Shown: in pieces, positions 12,000-24,655 of the stretch | Layout: each line of letters starts with the position of its first letter | Numbering within the stretch: position 1 is the stretch's first letter | Assembly (NCBI RefSeq): GCF_006345805.1 | Contig: NW_021834320.1 | Location: 1-49,746 of the forward strand | Length of the DNA: 49,746 bases | From: Octopus sinensis | Lineage: Eukaryota | Reading direction: 5' to 3' | The notes under the pieces: generated by a model | What the model was told of the DNA's origin: nothing | Database searches by the model: none | Seen by the model: only the letters and a program-made list of their open reading frames with translations | Position numbers and translations under genes: made by a program

Positions 12000-14010
12000 G
12001 GTGTTATTTCCAGTATTGTTTTTTTTAAGTGAAGTAGCAAGTTGGATGGAGCTGCTCTTCTTTGTGTCTCCTGCTGCAATGTGGTTTCATCTGGTATCTC
12101 AGATAGAAACCTGTCCAGACGTTCCTTAAAAACTTCTACATCAACAACATGTAGATCTCTAGGGTTACCTGGCAGGATTTGAACAACTGCAGGCCCTTGA
12201 AACCCAGACTATTGAAGTACTGTGTCCTTATTTTAGATGGGGAAGATGGGATCTTTGGTACAATGCAGTGCTGTCCAGTTTGGGGACTGGTATAGCTGTC
12301 AATTCCAAAACTGGGAGCTAAACCCTCCAAAATCTTCCAAATATATATCACCACATATCTCTCTCATCTCTCCAGGGAACAAAGACTCGGTTTCTTTAGC
12401 CTCTCTCAGTAGCCCATCTTTTGCATCAAGTCAATCTTCTTTGTGTATTGGCACTGGATTACTTCAACTTCCACAGTTTGTTTCACACTCTCTGTAGACC
12501 ATAGTTGGGAGCAGTAGTCTAAGCGACTGAGAACAAAAGTCCTCCAGAGAAGTAGCAGGGCCTCCCTCTCCCTGGTTCTGAATGTCCTTAGAGTCCATCC
12601 AGCCACTTGCCTGCACAGTGTTGCCATCATGGTAATATGCACATAGAATGTTACATTGTTGCTCATGTGAACCCCCAGGTCATACACTGATTCTGACTCT
12701 GGGATTATATTACCTTCTGGTCCAATGTATACTGATTTTAGCCTGGTGTTGGGCCAATAGTGGAGTGCCTGAAATTTCATAGCATTGAACTGCATGCTAT
12801 TTTTGTTAGCCCATTTGTATACTTCATTCAGGTCTTTATGCAGTTTTATGATGTCCTCTGGGTTCCTAACTGCCTGTGTCATCAGCACAACTGGTCAGAT
12901 TGGTTGACTATACCATGGAGGGCATATCTGAGAGGGCCACCACAAAAGGTAGTGGCCCCAGTACAGTACCCAGTGGGACTCCACTGAGAATTGGTGTCTC
13001 TTCAGAGTGGGCACCACTGGCTACAACTGTCTGACTCATGCCCTTCAGAAAGTCATGCAGCCACTCTCCCAGTTTCCCAGTAATACCAAGGTTTTGCAGG
13101 TTGTGACATATCATGCCATGATCAACCTTGTTGAAGGCTTTGGCAAAGTTGAAGTATATCCCGTCTACAGCTGACTAGTTTACCTGTTGCTTCAGCACCA
13201 AGTCAAAGTGCTGCAGCATCTGTGTGAGGCAGCTCTTCTCTGGATGGAAGCCATGTTGTGTGTTTGTGAGAAGATTGTTTTCTTTTAGGAACGTGATCGG
13301 CCTTTTTCTGACAATGCATTCCATTGGCTTGCTAATGTGTGAAGTCTGCTCTGCTCTCTCCTTTATGGACAGGACATATTATACCCTTTTTTAGTATATT
13401 GGGAAGTTTAATACATGCAAGGAAACTCTGAAAAAGTATCTACAGTAGCTTTGCAAGAGCCTTTTTACATGTCTTTAAGAGAACAGCCAAGAGTCCATCT
13501 GGGCCCATTGCTGAGTTTGATCTCATCTCATCAATGGCCGATATTACATCCTCTTCCGTTATGTTGATGTAATGGATGGTTACCTTTTTCCAAATAGATT
13601 TGTTACATTGAAAAACTCCTCCAGCTTGTTTGTTTGCATATTAGTGGAGAAGTGAAAATGCTTCGGAATTGTTTATTTAATGCTTCACATATCTTCCCTG
13701 GATCTGCAGCTAGTGAACCATTCTTACCAAATAGTGGCGCTATATTACAGTGTACTGAGGCAGACTCCTTTGCCAACGTGTAGATGGCTTTAGGATTTGG
13801 GTTTTTATTTTAGAACTATTTTCACTTGGCTTTCGGCTGGCTTCTTCTTTTTCTACATTGCTACCATGGGAGGTGTTGGGACTGTGGTTGTTTGCACTTT
13901 TCTCATTTCGTTCCTTGTTGAGCTTTTTATCTTTGGTGTTGATGTTGTCACTGCTTCCTGTGTGAGGTTTCTCAAGGCAGTGTCATCATATTTTTGCCAC
14001 TTTTGAAAAT
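12000..14010 (-). mobile_element. Degraded CR1-clade LINE (RT and C-terminal region)
   Basis: Minus-strand peptides QHGFHPEKSCLTQ, FAKAFNKVDHG, SGVPLGTVLGP, NSMQFNAMKF, DLGVHM and SRLDYCSQLWS are CR1-type RT motifs. Broken into several ORFs; boundaries approximate. Confidence 0.85.
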
Positions 14011-14536
14011 GATGTCCAGTACGAGCGATAAGATTGGATGAACTCATTCTTCTTCTGCTCTATTTGCACCATAGATCTGGAGAAACCATTTCTCTTCAGG
14101 GCAGCTGTAATAAAATTATTTGGTGAATTACCTTCTGCAATTTCTCAGGCATGCAGGAACAATCCTATCTTTGTAGACTTCCAATATCTCGTCATCATCC
14201 TTGTGGTATGTAGCTGTGGTTATGTGTGCAGTTGGTTTTTGAGTGCAAATATTGAAGAGAGCAGAGGTGTGATGGGTGAGCGAGTGGAGGGGAGCAAGAA
14301 TAAGTTGGGTAAGAGAGGGGAGAAGAGCAAACTGTGGAGGGAAGAGACCAAAGGGGTGACGGGGGGAAATGTGAGGGGTCAGATAGGAAAGCTGAGGCAG
14401 GGAAGGGGACAGAGAAGGGATTGAGAGGGAGGCAAAGATGAGGGAAGAGTAGGTGTGCAGGGGAGAGGATGGGCAGGTAATGGTGGGGGAATGGATTGTA
14501 GGTGTGGGTGGATGGAGATAGGGGGATGAGAGTAAG

Positions 14537-14567
<31 letters not shown>

Positions 14568-14694
14568 CTAGATACACATTGATTCTAGTACAGAGAGAGA
14601 GAGAGAGGTGGATGAATCACTAGTGAGTGAGTGAGAATGTAAATATCTTGTAAATAAGAGCAAAGTAATGGAGAGAAAAGAAAGAGGAAATTAC

Positions 14695-14752
<58 letters not shown>

Positions 14753-15357
14753 CACCAGCCTGGTTTGTTTTTGTTTTGTATGCTCCTGAAAGAAAAGCGA
14801 ATTATTCGAATACAAAAACACTCGCCAAACTTATAATCAAAATAAATGAATAGGTTAGTAGAAATCAAAAGCCAGTATTTATCAGGACCTTATTGGAAAT
14901 ATATACAAAGAAAAGAAATGTCATGCAAGTCAGAAACAAAATACAAAAAGAGAGGGTCTGTAACTTATAGCTTTCTTTTGGGACCTTTCGTTAATTTAAT
15001 TATAGAAAGTGCACATATACTTATCTTATCTCGAATTTTTCTTAAAAGATAAAGTTGCGTATTGTGGTGGATCTTGTTTATCCATTATGATTACTCAGTT
15101 TTCATAATAATGTATTATAGAGATTAATTTATAATATTCTTATTATGGTTGAGTATTCTGGTTGAATTTGAAGTAAAAAGGAAATGTACATGTCTGTGCT
15201 CTAGGCGTAACAGCCAGGAACTGATGTGGCCTACTGGTGTGAAATGTTTCTTTTCCAACAGTCTAGTCTGTTGTGTGGATATGAAATAACAACAACAACA
15301 ATAATGATTTCTTTTATTGGCCACAAAGGCTCAAGACATGGAGGATAATATCAAAGG

Positions 15358-15388
<31 letters not shown>

Positions 15389-15389
<1 letters not shown>

Positions 15390-15506
15390 TACATAAACTG
15401 GAGACAGAAACACCCTGAAGTAAGACTACATAAACTGGAGACAGAAACACCCTGAAGTAAAATACAAACCTACATAAACTGGAGACAGAAACACCCTGAA
15501 GTAAGA
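15389..15506 (+). repeat. Three tandem copies of a 37-bp unit at the 5' end of the R4-like element
   Basis: ctacataaactggagacagaaacaccctgaagtaaga starts at 15389, 15426 and 15470; 7 extra bases lie between copies 2 and 3. Confidence 0.9.
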
Positions 15507-18500
15507 CCCTGCATAGACAGTAACAAACTTGCCAACGTCAGAAGAAACATTATGAAAAAAAAAATTACCGACTGAAGTAGAGATTGATCAAGTTAGACAA
15601 GCAGTAACGGATAGAATGAACGAAGCTGCAGCTAAAGAAGATAATACAGAGGAAATAATTATAGACCAGCCCAGAGCTGATAAAAACGAAGTAAGGATTG
15701 AAAGAGTTAGTATAAGTGAGAGACAAAGTGAAATACTCCCTGAACCAATCATAAACACTAAGACAGATGAACATCAAATAGATGAAGAAAGTCACACAAA
15801 TATTGACCCGACAGAACTACATGAGTTAAAAAGTCAAATCATGATTCAATGGCTGAAAATTAAAGAAACCAGTATGGATGAACGTGATACACTCCCTAAA
15901 ATCCGCAACTCTAACCAAAACATGAAAATAATTGGTAAAACCCGGCTTGCACTTAAGGATATAATTTCAGCTTATGATGTTGATATCACAGATCTCAACC
16001 ACCTATACTATGCATCCGCGAAAATCTCAATGATCCTATGTGGTGAAAAGATTAGAAAACGGCAACATTTCCACAAAAAGCCTTCTTGGCAAGAGCGTTT
16101 GCAACAACAAATTAAACTATTTAGATCTGACATTGAATATTTGGAAAACCTTAAGGTTCATAAGACTACCAAACCTACAAAAACCCAAAAACTAATGAAA
16201 AAATATAATATGAAAACTATACTTGATATTGATGCCACCATAGAAACCATCAAGCAAAAGGTATCTGCTAAAGCTGCCCGCATAGCGAGGTATGAAAAGC
16301 ATGTTAGATTCTTCAGGGACAACAACATGTTCAAAAATAACCCCAAAAATTTTTACAGGAAGATAGGAAAAACACCAGTTACTGTAAAGTCTGTACCATC
16401 AAAAGTAGAAGTGCAGGGATTTTGGAATAAAATTTGGGCAGAAGAAAAAACACACAGCGAAAAGGCCCCCTGGATTGATAGAATATTTAAAGAACTGGAC
16501 TCCTTAGAAGAGCAAAAGTGGGAGGGTGTCAAGGTAGAAGATGTAAGATCTGCTCTCAGGAGGTCAAGCAAATGGAAGTCTCCAGGAAAGGATAAAATCC
16601 CTAACTTCTGGTTGAATGCCTTCCCAGAGAGCCATGAACTGCTAACAGAACTTTACAATGATGTTTTGTAACACCCTAGTAGGATGCCTCCTTGGCTAGT
16701 TAATGGGTTAACATTCCTGCTTCCAAAAAGTGAAGAAACAAATGAACCAAAAAACTATAGACCCATAACCTGCTTAACAACTATGTATAAAACACTAACA
16801 TCTGTCCTGACGGAATATACCTATAGTTTTTTGACAGACAGCAGCATATTCCCTAATGAACAGAAAGGATGTAAACGTGGATCCTACGGTTGTAAAGATC
16901 AACTACTCATCAATAAGATGATCTTAGAAGATTGTCACAAATAACACAAAAACTTATCAATAGACTGGATAGACTATAAAAAGGCTTTTGATAGCCTACC
17001 ACATAGCTGGATTAAGAAATGCCTAGAAATGTATAAGATAGCACCTGCTCTGCGAAACTTTTTGTCTGTAAGCATGAGATCATGGAGAACCACACTAACT
17101 TTGAACAGTGACAACGAATCTCTAAATGCTGGTGATGTAAAAATTTCATGTGGCATTTTCCAGGGTGACTCACTATCACCACTCCTCTTCTGTTTAGCCT
17201 TAATACCTCTCTCAAAACTGCTCAGTACGGGTATAAAATGTTTGATAAAAATATAAATCATCTCATTTACATGGAGGATTTAAAGCTCTTTGCAAAAAAT
17301 GACCAACAACTCAAGGGCTTACTAGCAATTGTCAAACAATTCAGTGATGACATCAGAATGCAATTTGGCCTCGATAAGTGTGCAAAAGCTACCTTTATCA
17401 AAGGAAAAATGACAGAAACATCTAACGTTAACCTTGACCAGCAGAATGTCATAAAAGAATTAGACCCAGCGGAGAACTACAAGTATCTAGGAGTAATTGA
17501 AGGAGACGGAATAAGGCATTCAGAGATGAAGGAAAGGATCAGGAGAGAATGTTATCTCAGAGTAAGAGCAATACTCAAGATAGAGCTGAATGCGAGAAAC
17601 AGGATCGAAGCGATCAATGCATTAGCCATACCAGTCGTGACTTACAGTTTCAATATCGTTAACTGGTCAATTACTGAAATATGTAATCTTGACAGAAAAA
17701 TACGAAAACTGTTGACAATGCATAGAATGCACCACCCTAAGGCAGATACAGAACGACTTTATCTGGCAAGAAAAGAGGGAGGCCGTGGACTTTTACAACT
17801 GGCAATAACAATGAAGATTACTACAATTGGCCTAGACACCTACCTGAAAAACTCTGAGGACTGGATGTTAAAACTTGTCTCAAAACATGAAAACAAGAAA
17901 GCATCATACTCAGTAACAAAACAGGCAAAGGAATATCTAAGTGAATTCCGAATACAACAAATTTCGGAATTAGAGATAGACATACAAGAAACAGGCACAG
18001 AAAAAGCTAAGTGCATGAAAACCCGTGCTAAATCTGTGGCCTTAGATATTCTGAATGATAAATGGCAAGAAAAACCTCTCTATGGCAAATACCCAAAGAG
18101 AGTGAATAATGCAGATGTTGACAAAGCCCTGACCCATCAATGGCTAAAGGCCTCTGGCTTAAAATCTGAAACAGAGGGGTTTATCATAGCAGCTCAAGAT
18201 CAATGTCTACCAACAAGAAACTACCAGGCCAACATATTAAAGATCAGCAGCAGTCCAACGTGTCGTGTATGCAAGCAACAAAATGAAACCATTGATCATG
18301 TGGTCTCCAAGTGCAGTCTTCTAGCACCTACAGAGTATCTCAACAGGCACGATAGGGCTGCACAATATATTCACTGGGTAATCTGCAAAAACCTGGATTT
18401 GCCCCATGAAAAAAACTGGTGGGAACACAAACCACCCCCAGTGCTTCAAAATGACTACATCTCACTCCTCTGGAACTTCACCATTCAAACTGACAGAAAG

Positions 18501-19014
18501 ATAGATGCAAATAGGCCAGACATCATATTGAAAGACTTCAAACAAAGAACATGCCTCCTCATTGATATGACTGTCCCAATCGATATAAACGTATCTGTCA
18601 AGGCCTACCAAAAACTGAGCAAATATAAAGATCTTGAAATAGAAATCAGCAAAATGTGGAACCTGAAGACTAAAACAATACCTGTTGTCATAGGTGCCCT
18701 GGGAATGATAGCAAAAGGGTCTGATAGCTACCTAACTCAGATACCAGGAAACCCCAAAATGGCAGAAATTCAAAAGATAGTGCTCATGGGAACTGCTCAT
18801 ATCCTATGCAAAATACTTTCTATGTAATCTCAAGGTTTAAAACAAACATATTCTTTTTTTTTTTTTAGACATCCACCAGTACAACACAAAAGACAACCAA
18901 ATATATGGCACACTAGGCATAACAACAACGTGAACTTTCAGCCTGTTGTCTCTTGAGGTCTCCGGGTGAGACTTAGAGCCAACTTGTACAAATATAAAGC
19001 AAAAGTCAAACATA
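15389..19014 (+). mobile_element. Near full-length R4/Dong-like non-LTR retrotransposon (RT + CCHC + restriction-like endonuclease), inactivated
   Basis: ORF pieces 15616-16671, 16684-16944, 17029-17256 and 17238-18827. Motifs PGKDKIPNFW, NYRPITCL, DYKKAFDS, GIFQGDSLSPLLF, CRVCKQQNETIDHVVSKC, RPDII..IDMTVP..K. Two in-frame stops, one frameshift, and YMED instead of YMDD. (TAA)n on both flanks. Confidence 0.92.
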
Positions 19015-19044
19015 TAATAATAATAATAACAATAATGATAATGA

Positions 19045-19258
19045 TTTCAAATTTTGGCCCAAGGCCATCAAGTCATGGGGACGGGGTAAGTTGATTACAT
19101 CAATCCCAGTGCTCAACTGGCACTTGTTTTATTGGCCCTGAAAGGATGAAAGGCAAAGTTAACCTCGGTGGAATTTGAACTCAGAATATAGTGACAAGTG
19201 AAATACCACTAAGCATTTCATTCAGCATGCTAATGACTTTGCTAGCTCACCGCCTTAA
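19045..19258 (-). mobile_element. SINE family B
   Basis: ggccctgaaaggatgaaaggcaaagttaacctcggtggaatttgaactcag...gctcaccgcctt. Confidence 0.8.
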
Positions 19259-19269
19259 TAATAACAATG

Positions 19270-19315
<46 letters not shown>

Positions 19316-19359
19316 TAATAATAATAATAATAATAATAATTATAATAATAATAATAATA

Positions 19360-20290
19360 ATGCATAGAATACACCACCCTAAGGCAGAACTGTTGACAAT
19401 GCATAGAATGCACCACCCTGCCAAGAAAAGAGGGAGGTCGTGGACTTTTACAACTGGCATTAACAAGGAAGATTGCCACAATTGGCCATGACACCTACCT
19501 GAAAAACTCTGAGGACTGGATGTTAAAACTTGTCTCAAAACATGAAAACAAGAAAGCATCATACTCAGTAACAAAACAGACAAAGGAATATCTAAGTGAA
19601 TTCCAAATGCAACAAATTCCAGAATTAGACATACGAGAAACAAGCACAGAAAAAAGTGCATGAAAACCCGTGCTAAAACTGCTGCCTTAGATATTCTGAC
19701 TGATAAATGGCAAGAAAAACCTCTCAATGGCAAATACTCAAAGAGAGTGAATAATGCCAATGTTGACAAACCCCTTACCCATCAATAGCTAAAGGCCTCT
19801 GGCTTAAAATCTGAAACAGAAGGGTTTATCATAGCAGCCCAAGATCAATACCTACCTACAAGGAACTAACAGGCCAAAATATTAAAGAACGGCAGTAGCC
19901 CAACATGTGTATGTCAACAACAAAATGAAACCATTGATCATGTTGTCTACAAGTGCAGTCTTCTTGCACCTACAGAGTATCTCAACAGGCATGATAGAGC
20001 TGCACAATATATTCAAGCCTAGACTTGCCCCATGATAAAAACTGGTGGGAACACAAACCACCTCAAGTGCTTGAAAATGATCACATCTCACTCCTCTGGA
20101 ACTTCACCATTCAAACTGACAGAAATATAGATGCAAATAGGCCAGACATCATATTGAAAGACTTCAGACAAAAATCATGCCTCCTCATTGATATGACTGT
20201 CCCAATCGATATAAACGTATCTGTCAAGGCCTACCAAAAACTGAGCAAGTGTAAAGATCTTGAAATAGAAATTAGCAAACTGTGGAACTG
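19360..20290 (+). mobile_element. 5'-truncated second copy of the 15389-19014 R4-like family
   Basis: Colinear with about 17718-18663; multiple stops; preceded by (TAA)n. Confidence 0.9.
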
Positions 20291-20320
20291 ATAATGATAA
20301 TGATAATGATGATAATGATG

Positions 20321-20375
<55 letters not shown>

Positions 20376-20386
20376 TAATAATAATA

Positions 20387-20738
20387 ATGCATAGAATACA
20401 CCACCCTAAGGCAGGTGCCCTTGGAATGATAGCAAAAGGGGCTGATTGCTACTTAGCTCAGATACCAGGAAACCCCCAAATGGCAGAAATTCAAAAGATA
20501 GTGCTCATGGGAACTGCTCATATCCTACACAAAATAATTTCTATGTAATCTCAAGATTTAAAACAAACATAATTTTCTTATGGTTTCTTAAATATTCTCT
20601 AGAACAACACTATGTACAAAACCAAACATACGGCACCCTAGGCATAACACCAACATGAACTTCCATCTTGTTGTCTCTTGAGGTCTTTGGGTGAGACTTG
20701 GAGCCAACTTGTACAAATGTAAAGCAAAAGTCAAACAT
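20387..20738 (+). mobile_element. Displaced 3' end of the second R4-like copy
   Basis: Encodes GALGMIAKGADCYLAQIPGNPQMAEIQKIVLMGTAHIL. Its 3' UTR matches 18828-19014 and is followed by (TAA)n. Confidence 0.9.
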
Positions 20739-20779
20739 AAAAAAAAAATATATAATAATAATAATAATAATAATAATCT

Positions 20780-20988
20780 TTACAAAAGGCACAAAGCCTA
20801 AAATTTTGGAGCAGGGGACCAGTCGATTATATTGACCCTAGTGTTTCACTGTTACTTAATTTATCAACCCTGAAAAGATGAAAGGCAAAGTTGATCTCTG
20901 TGGAATTTGAACTCAGAACATTAAGACAGATGAAATGCCGCTAAGCATTTTGCCTAGTATGCTAATGATTCTGCCACCTCACTGCCTT
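20780..20988 (-). mobile_element. SINE family B
   Basis: ccctgaaaagatgaaaggcaaagttgatctctgtggaatttgaactcagaa...ctcactgcctt. Confidence 0.8.
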
Positions 20989-20998
20989 AATAATGATG

Positions 20999-21050
<52 letters not shown>

Positions 21051-21719
21051 TGATAATAATAATAATAACTAGCTGGATCCATGAAAATTCATGGAAAACA
21101 TAAAAAAAATGTAAGCATCTATAAACAGTGTATTGGTGCCATGAAAAATGTTTGTATATTATGACCGTTCTGAGTTCAAATTCTGCTGAGATCGACTTTG
21201 CCTTTTATCCTTTCAGGGTCAATAAATTAAGTATCAATTGTGTACTGGGGTCAATCTCTCCACAAAAAATTCAGGCCGAGAAAAGTATATTGTGACAGTT
21301 ACACAATATAGAAAGTAATGTAACACCAATGACTATATAATCCAACCAAAATATCTCAGTTACACAAACATAAATGGAATTGCTATTTAACCTTAAAATA
21401 CATCATACATATTCAAAAAACCTTAATGTACAAATTGAAATGCAAAAGAACGAAATAATAAATGGATTTATGAATGAAAGTTTGGTAATTGCGTTTATTT
21501 CCACCACACAACATTTATTATTGCAAACATGTTTTGACACACACATACAAATATATTCATATATATATATATATATATCTCGAGTTGCAGCTGTAATTCA
21601 AAGGGGCCAGCCTTGTCATATTTTGTGTGAGACTGAATCTCCCTGAACTACATTAATGTTATGCATGTCTGTAGAGTACTCAGCCATTTGTGAGTTAATT
21701 TTATCCTTTATAATTAAAC

Positions 21720-23070
21720 ACAATGGCACAAAGTAAAAGAATGGAACTAATCACAATGATAATGAAGGAAAACACAGACAGGGAGTACTTGCAGCGAGTG
21801 AGAAAAATATTGGCTTCAAAGCTGAATGCCAGAATCATAATTTCGCCAATAAACTCGCACAGTCGCAGTAGTTCAGTATGGCATTGGAATCCTGAAGTAG
21901 ACAGAGTAAGAGCCAAAGGAGATGGACAGGAAGTCAAGAAAGCTCCCAATGATGCATGGAGCCCATCGTCCATGTGCAGACACTGATCGCCTGTACATGA
22001 AGAGAGCAAATGGAGGAAGAGGACTGATAAGTGTGGAAAACTGCGTACATATTGAACTTGAGAGCTTAATGAGATACCTAGCCCAAAGTAAGGAAACCTT
22101 GCTAGTGTCAGTTAGGAATGAGGGAGTATTGAAAACAGAAAAAAAGGAAAAACAAAGGAAAAAAGGACATGGAGAAGAATTACACAACCATGGACTACAC
22201 AATCAATTCCATGCAGCCACAACAGAAGTTGTTGGAAAACATAGATGGGATTGGCTGAAAAAAGGAACACTAAAAAAAGAGACTGAGAGCACTATACTGG
22301 CAGCATAAGATCAAGCTTTTGCCATGAACTGGAGGGTCAACCTTAGGATTGAGAAAGTGTCTCTGCTGTGCCACATCTGTAGTAGAGTGGATGAAACTAT
22401 TGCTCATATCACAAACGAATGCCCTACAAGTTGAGGGGACATGATCAGGTAGTGAAAGAGTTATATTGGAAACAGTGCAAAAAGTTATGGTATGAGCACA
22501 AACTGCAGAGAGTGGCAGAGTCAGAAACTAGCAAAATCCTCTGGGATCTTCCAAGCCAAACACATAAGGTGCTAGAGCATAACAGACCAGACCTGGTGGT
22601 GGTTGACCAGATGCACCATATAGTTGATGTTGTGTGCCCCTTTGACCCATGAATAGTCAAGAAGGAAGGTGAAAAAATAGATAAATACAAAATGGCCTGG
22701 CTATGGAAAATGAAGAAGGTGAAGATAGTGCCAATTATTTTTGGGTCCTTAAGGACAGTATCAGAAGGCATCAAAAGGAATATAAAGGAAATTGGAATAG
22801 AGTGCCCAGAATAATCAGGAAAGTACTAGATAGCTGAAAAGAATGGATAGCATGGTACTGTAGGATACAGATAGCAAGCCCATTACACATGCAAGACTCC
22901 AGGAGTTTGAACAAAACCTGTGATAAAAAGAAAGTAATAAAAATAATAATAATAGTAATAAATATATAGAAATAGGCATACAGCTACAGAAAACAATGTT
23001 ATTAGGGGCAACTAGGATACTTTGGAAGGTTCTTGGCATCTAAGGCAACTTGTTTTAGCTCGATGTTAGG
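21720..23070 (+). mobile_element. Degraded R4-like non-LTR element, second family (3' half)
   Basis: Peptides EYLQRVRKILASKLNA, DRLYMKRANGGRGL, LKKETESTILAA, CHICSRVDETIAHITNEC and HNRPDLVVVD. Heavily broken. Confidence 0.8.
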
Positions 23071-23112
23071 ATTCTTTTCTTTTCCAACAGTCTAATCTGT
23101 TGAGTGTATATG

Positions 23113-23167
<55 letters not shown>

Positions 23168-23300
23168 CAACAATAATAATCATAATAATAATAATGATAA
23201 TGATAATAATAATAATAATGATAATAATAATAATGATAATAATAATAATAATGATAATAATAATAATAATAATGATAATAATAATAATAATAATAATAAA

Positions 23301-23813
23301 GATGGTATAGGCACACACCAGAAAAGGTCACAGAAAACGAGAAAGCAACCATACTCTGGGATATGCCGATACACACAGATAGAGAAATTAAGGCCAACAG
23401 ACCAGATATAGTTGTCAGAGATCATGAAGAAAAAAAATGCTTTCTAATTGATGTATCAATACCGGCAGATGACAACGTGTCTCTAAAAGAAATGGAGAAA
23501 CTCTCAAAATACAAAGACCTGGAAATAGAGGTAACTAGAATGTGGAATCTGAAAACAGAAACAATTCCTATCATAGTAGGTGCATTAGGCATGATAAAAA
23601 AATATTCAGACAAATACATAACAAAAACACCAGGACTTACAAACACATATAACATACAGAAAATTGCACTACTAGGCACTGCACACATCCTACGCAGAAC
23701 ACTTTCCATACAATAACCATCAGAGCATCACAACAAATCACAGCACATACCCAAGGCACACAGAGCTGCGCTCGGTAGTGAAGTGAAAGCACGCTATAAA
23801 AATAAAACTACTG

Positions 23814-23814
<1 letters not shown>
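23301..23814 (+). mobile_element. 5'-truncated R4-like element, third family, copy a (endonuclease domain)
   Basis: ORF 23363-23716: PIHTDREIKANRPDIVVRD..LIDVSIP..KLSKYKDL. Lies between (AAT)n tracts. Confidence 0.9.
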
Positions 23815-23851
<37 letters not shown>

Positions 23852-23852
23852 T

Positions 23853-24655
23853 AAAAATCCCAGCAATGGTTGAGAAGCTCAGGACTCAAAGCAGAGACAG
23901 ACGGATTCTTAATTGCAGCACAAGACCAAAGCCTCCCCACCAGAAATTACCAAAAACATGTAATGAAAAGAAATATAACAAGTAACTGCAGAATATGTGG
24001 AGATGGACAAGAAACAATAAATCATATTATCTCTGGCTGCCCAGTCCTGGCTAAGAAGGAATATATTCACAGACATGACAGAGTTGGAACCTACATACAC
24101 TGGAAGCTATGTCAACATTATGGAATAACAACAGAAAAAAAGATGGTATAAGCACACACCAGAAAAGGTCACAGAAAACGAGAAAGCAACCATACTCTGG
24201 GATATGCCGATACACACAGATAGAGAAATTAAGGCCAACAGACCAGACATAGTTGTCAGAGATCATGAAGAAAAAAAATGCTTTCTAATTGATGTATCAA
24301 TACCGGCAGATGACAACATGTCTCTAAAATAAATGGAGAAACTTTCAAAATACAAAGACCTGGAAATAGAGGTAACCAGAATGTGGAATCTAAAAACAGA
24401 AACAATTCCTATCATAGTAGGTGCATTAGGCATGATAAAAAAATATTCAGACAAATACATAACAAAAACACCAGGACTTACAAACACATATAACATACAG
24501 AAAATTGCACTACTAGGCACTGCACACATCCTACGCAGAACACTTTCCATACAATAACCATCAGAGCATCACAACAAATCACAGCACATACCCAAGGCAC
24601 ACAGAGCTGTGCTTGGTAGTGAAGTGAAAGCACGCTATAAAAATAAAACTACTGA
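23853..24655 (+). mobile_element. 5'-truncated R4-like element, third family, copy b (CCHC + endonuclease)
   Basis: CRICGDGQETINHIISGC, then a 3' part about 98 percent identical to copy a (about 9 differences by eye) with a GAA>TAA stop. Lies between (TAA)n tracts. Confidence 0.9.

Noticed and set aside
15389-15506. 37-bp repeats resembling a CRISPR array in unit length
   Set aside because: Repeats are adjacent with no unique spacers, there are no cas genes, and the context is a eukaryotic retroelement 5' end.
17238-18827. 529-aa ORF as a functional gene or active retrotransposon
   Set aside because: It is the C-terminal part of a broken single ORF: two upstream stops, a frameshift, and YMED in place of the catalytic YMDD.
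19242-19494. Poly-Ile/Asn/Tyr ORFs (also 20282-20548, 23055-23425, 49183-49416)
   Set aside because: Translations of (TAA)n, (CAT)n and (CTT)n tracts; no coding evidence.
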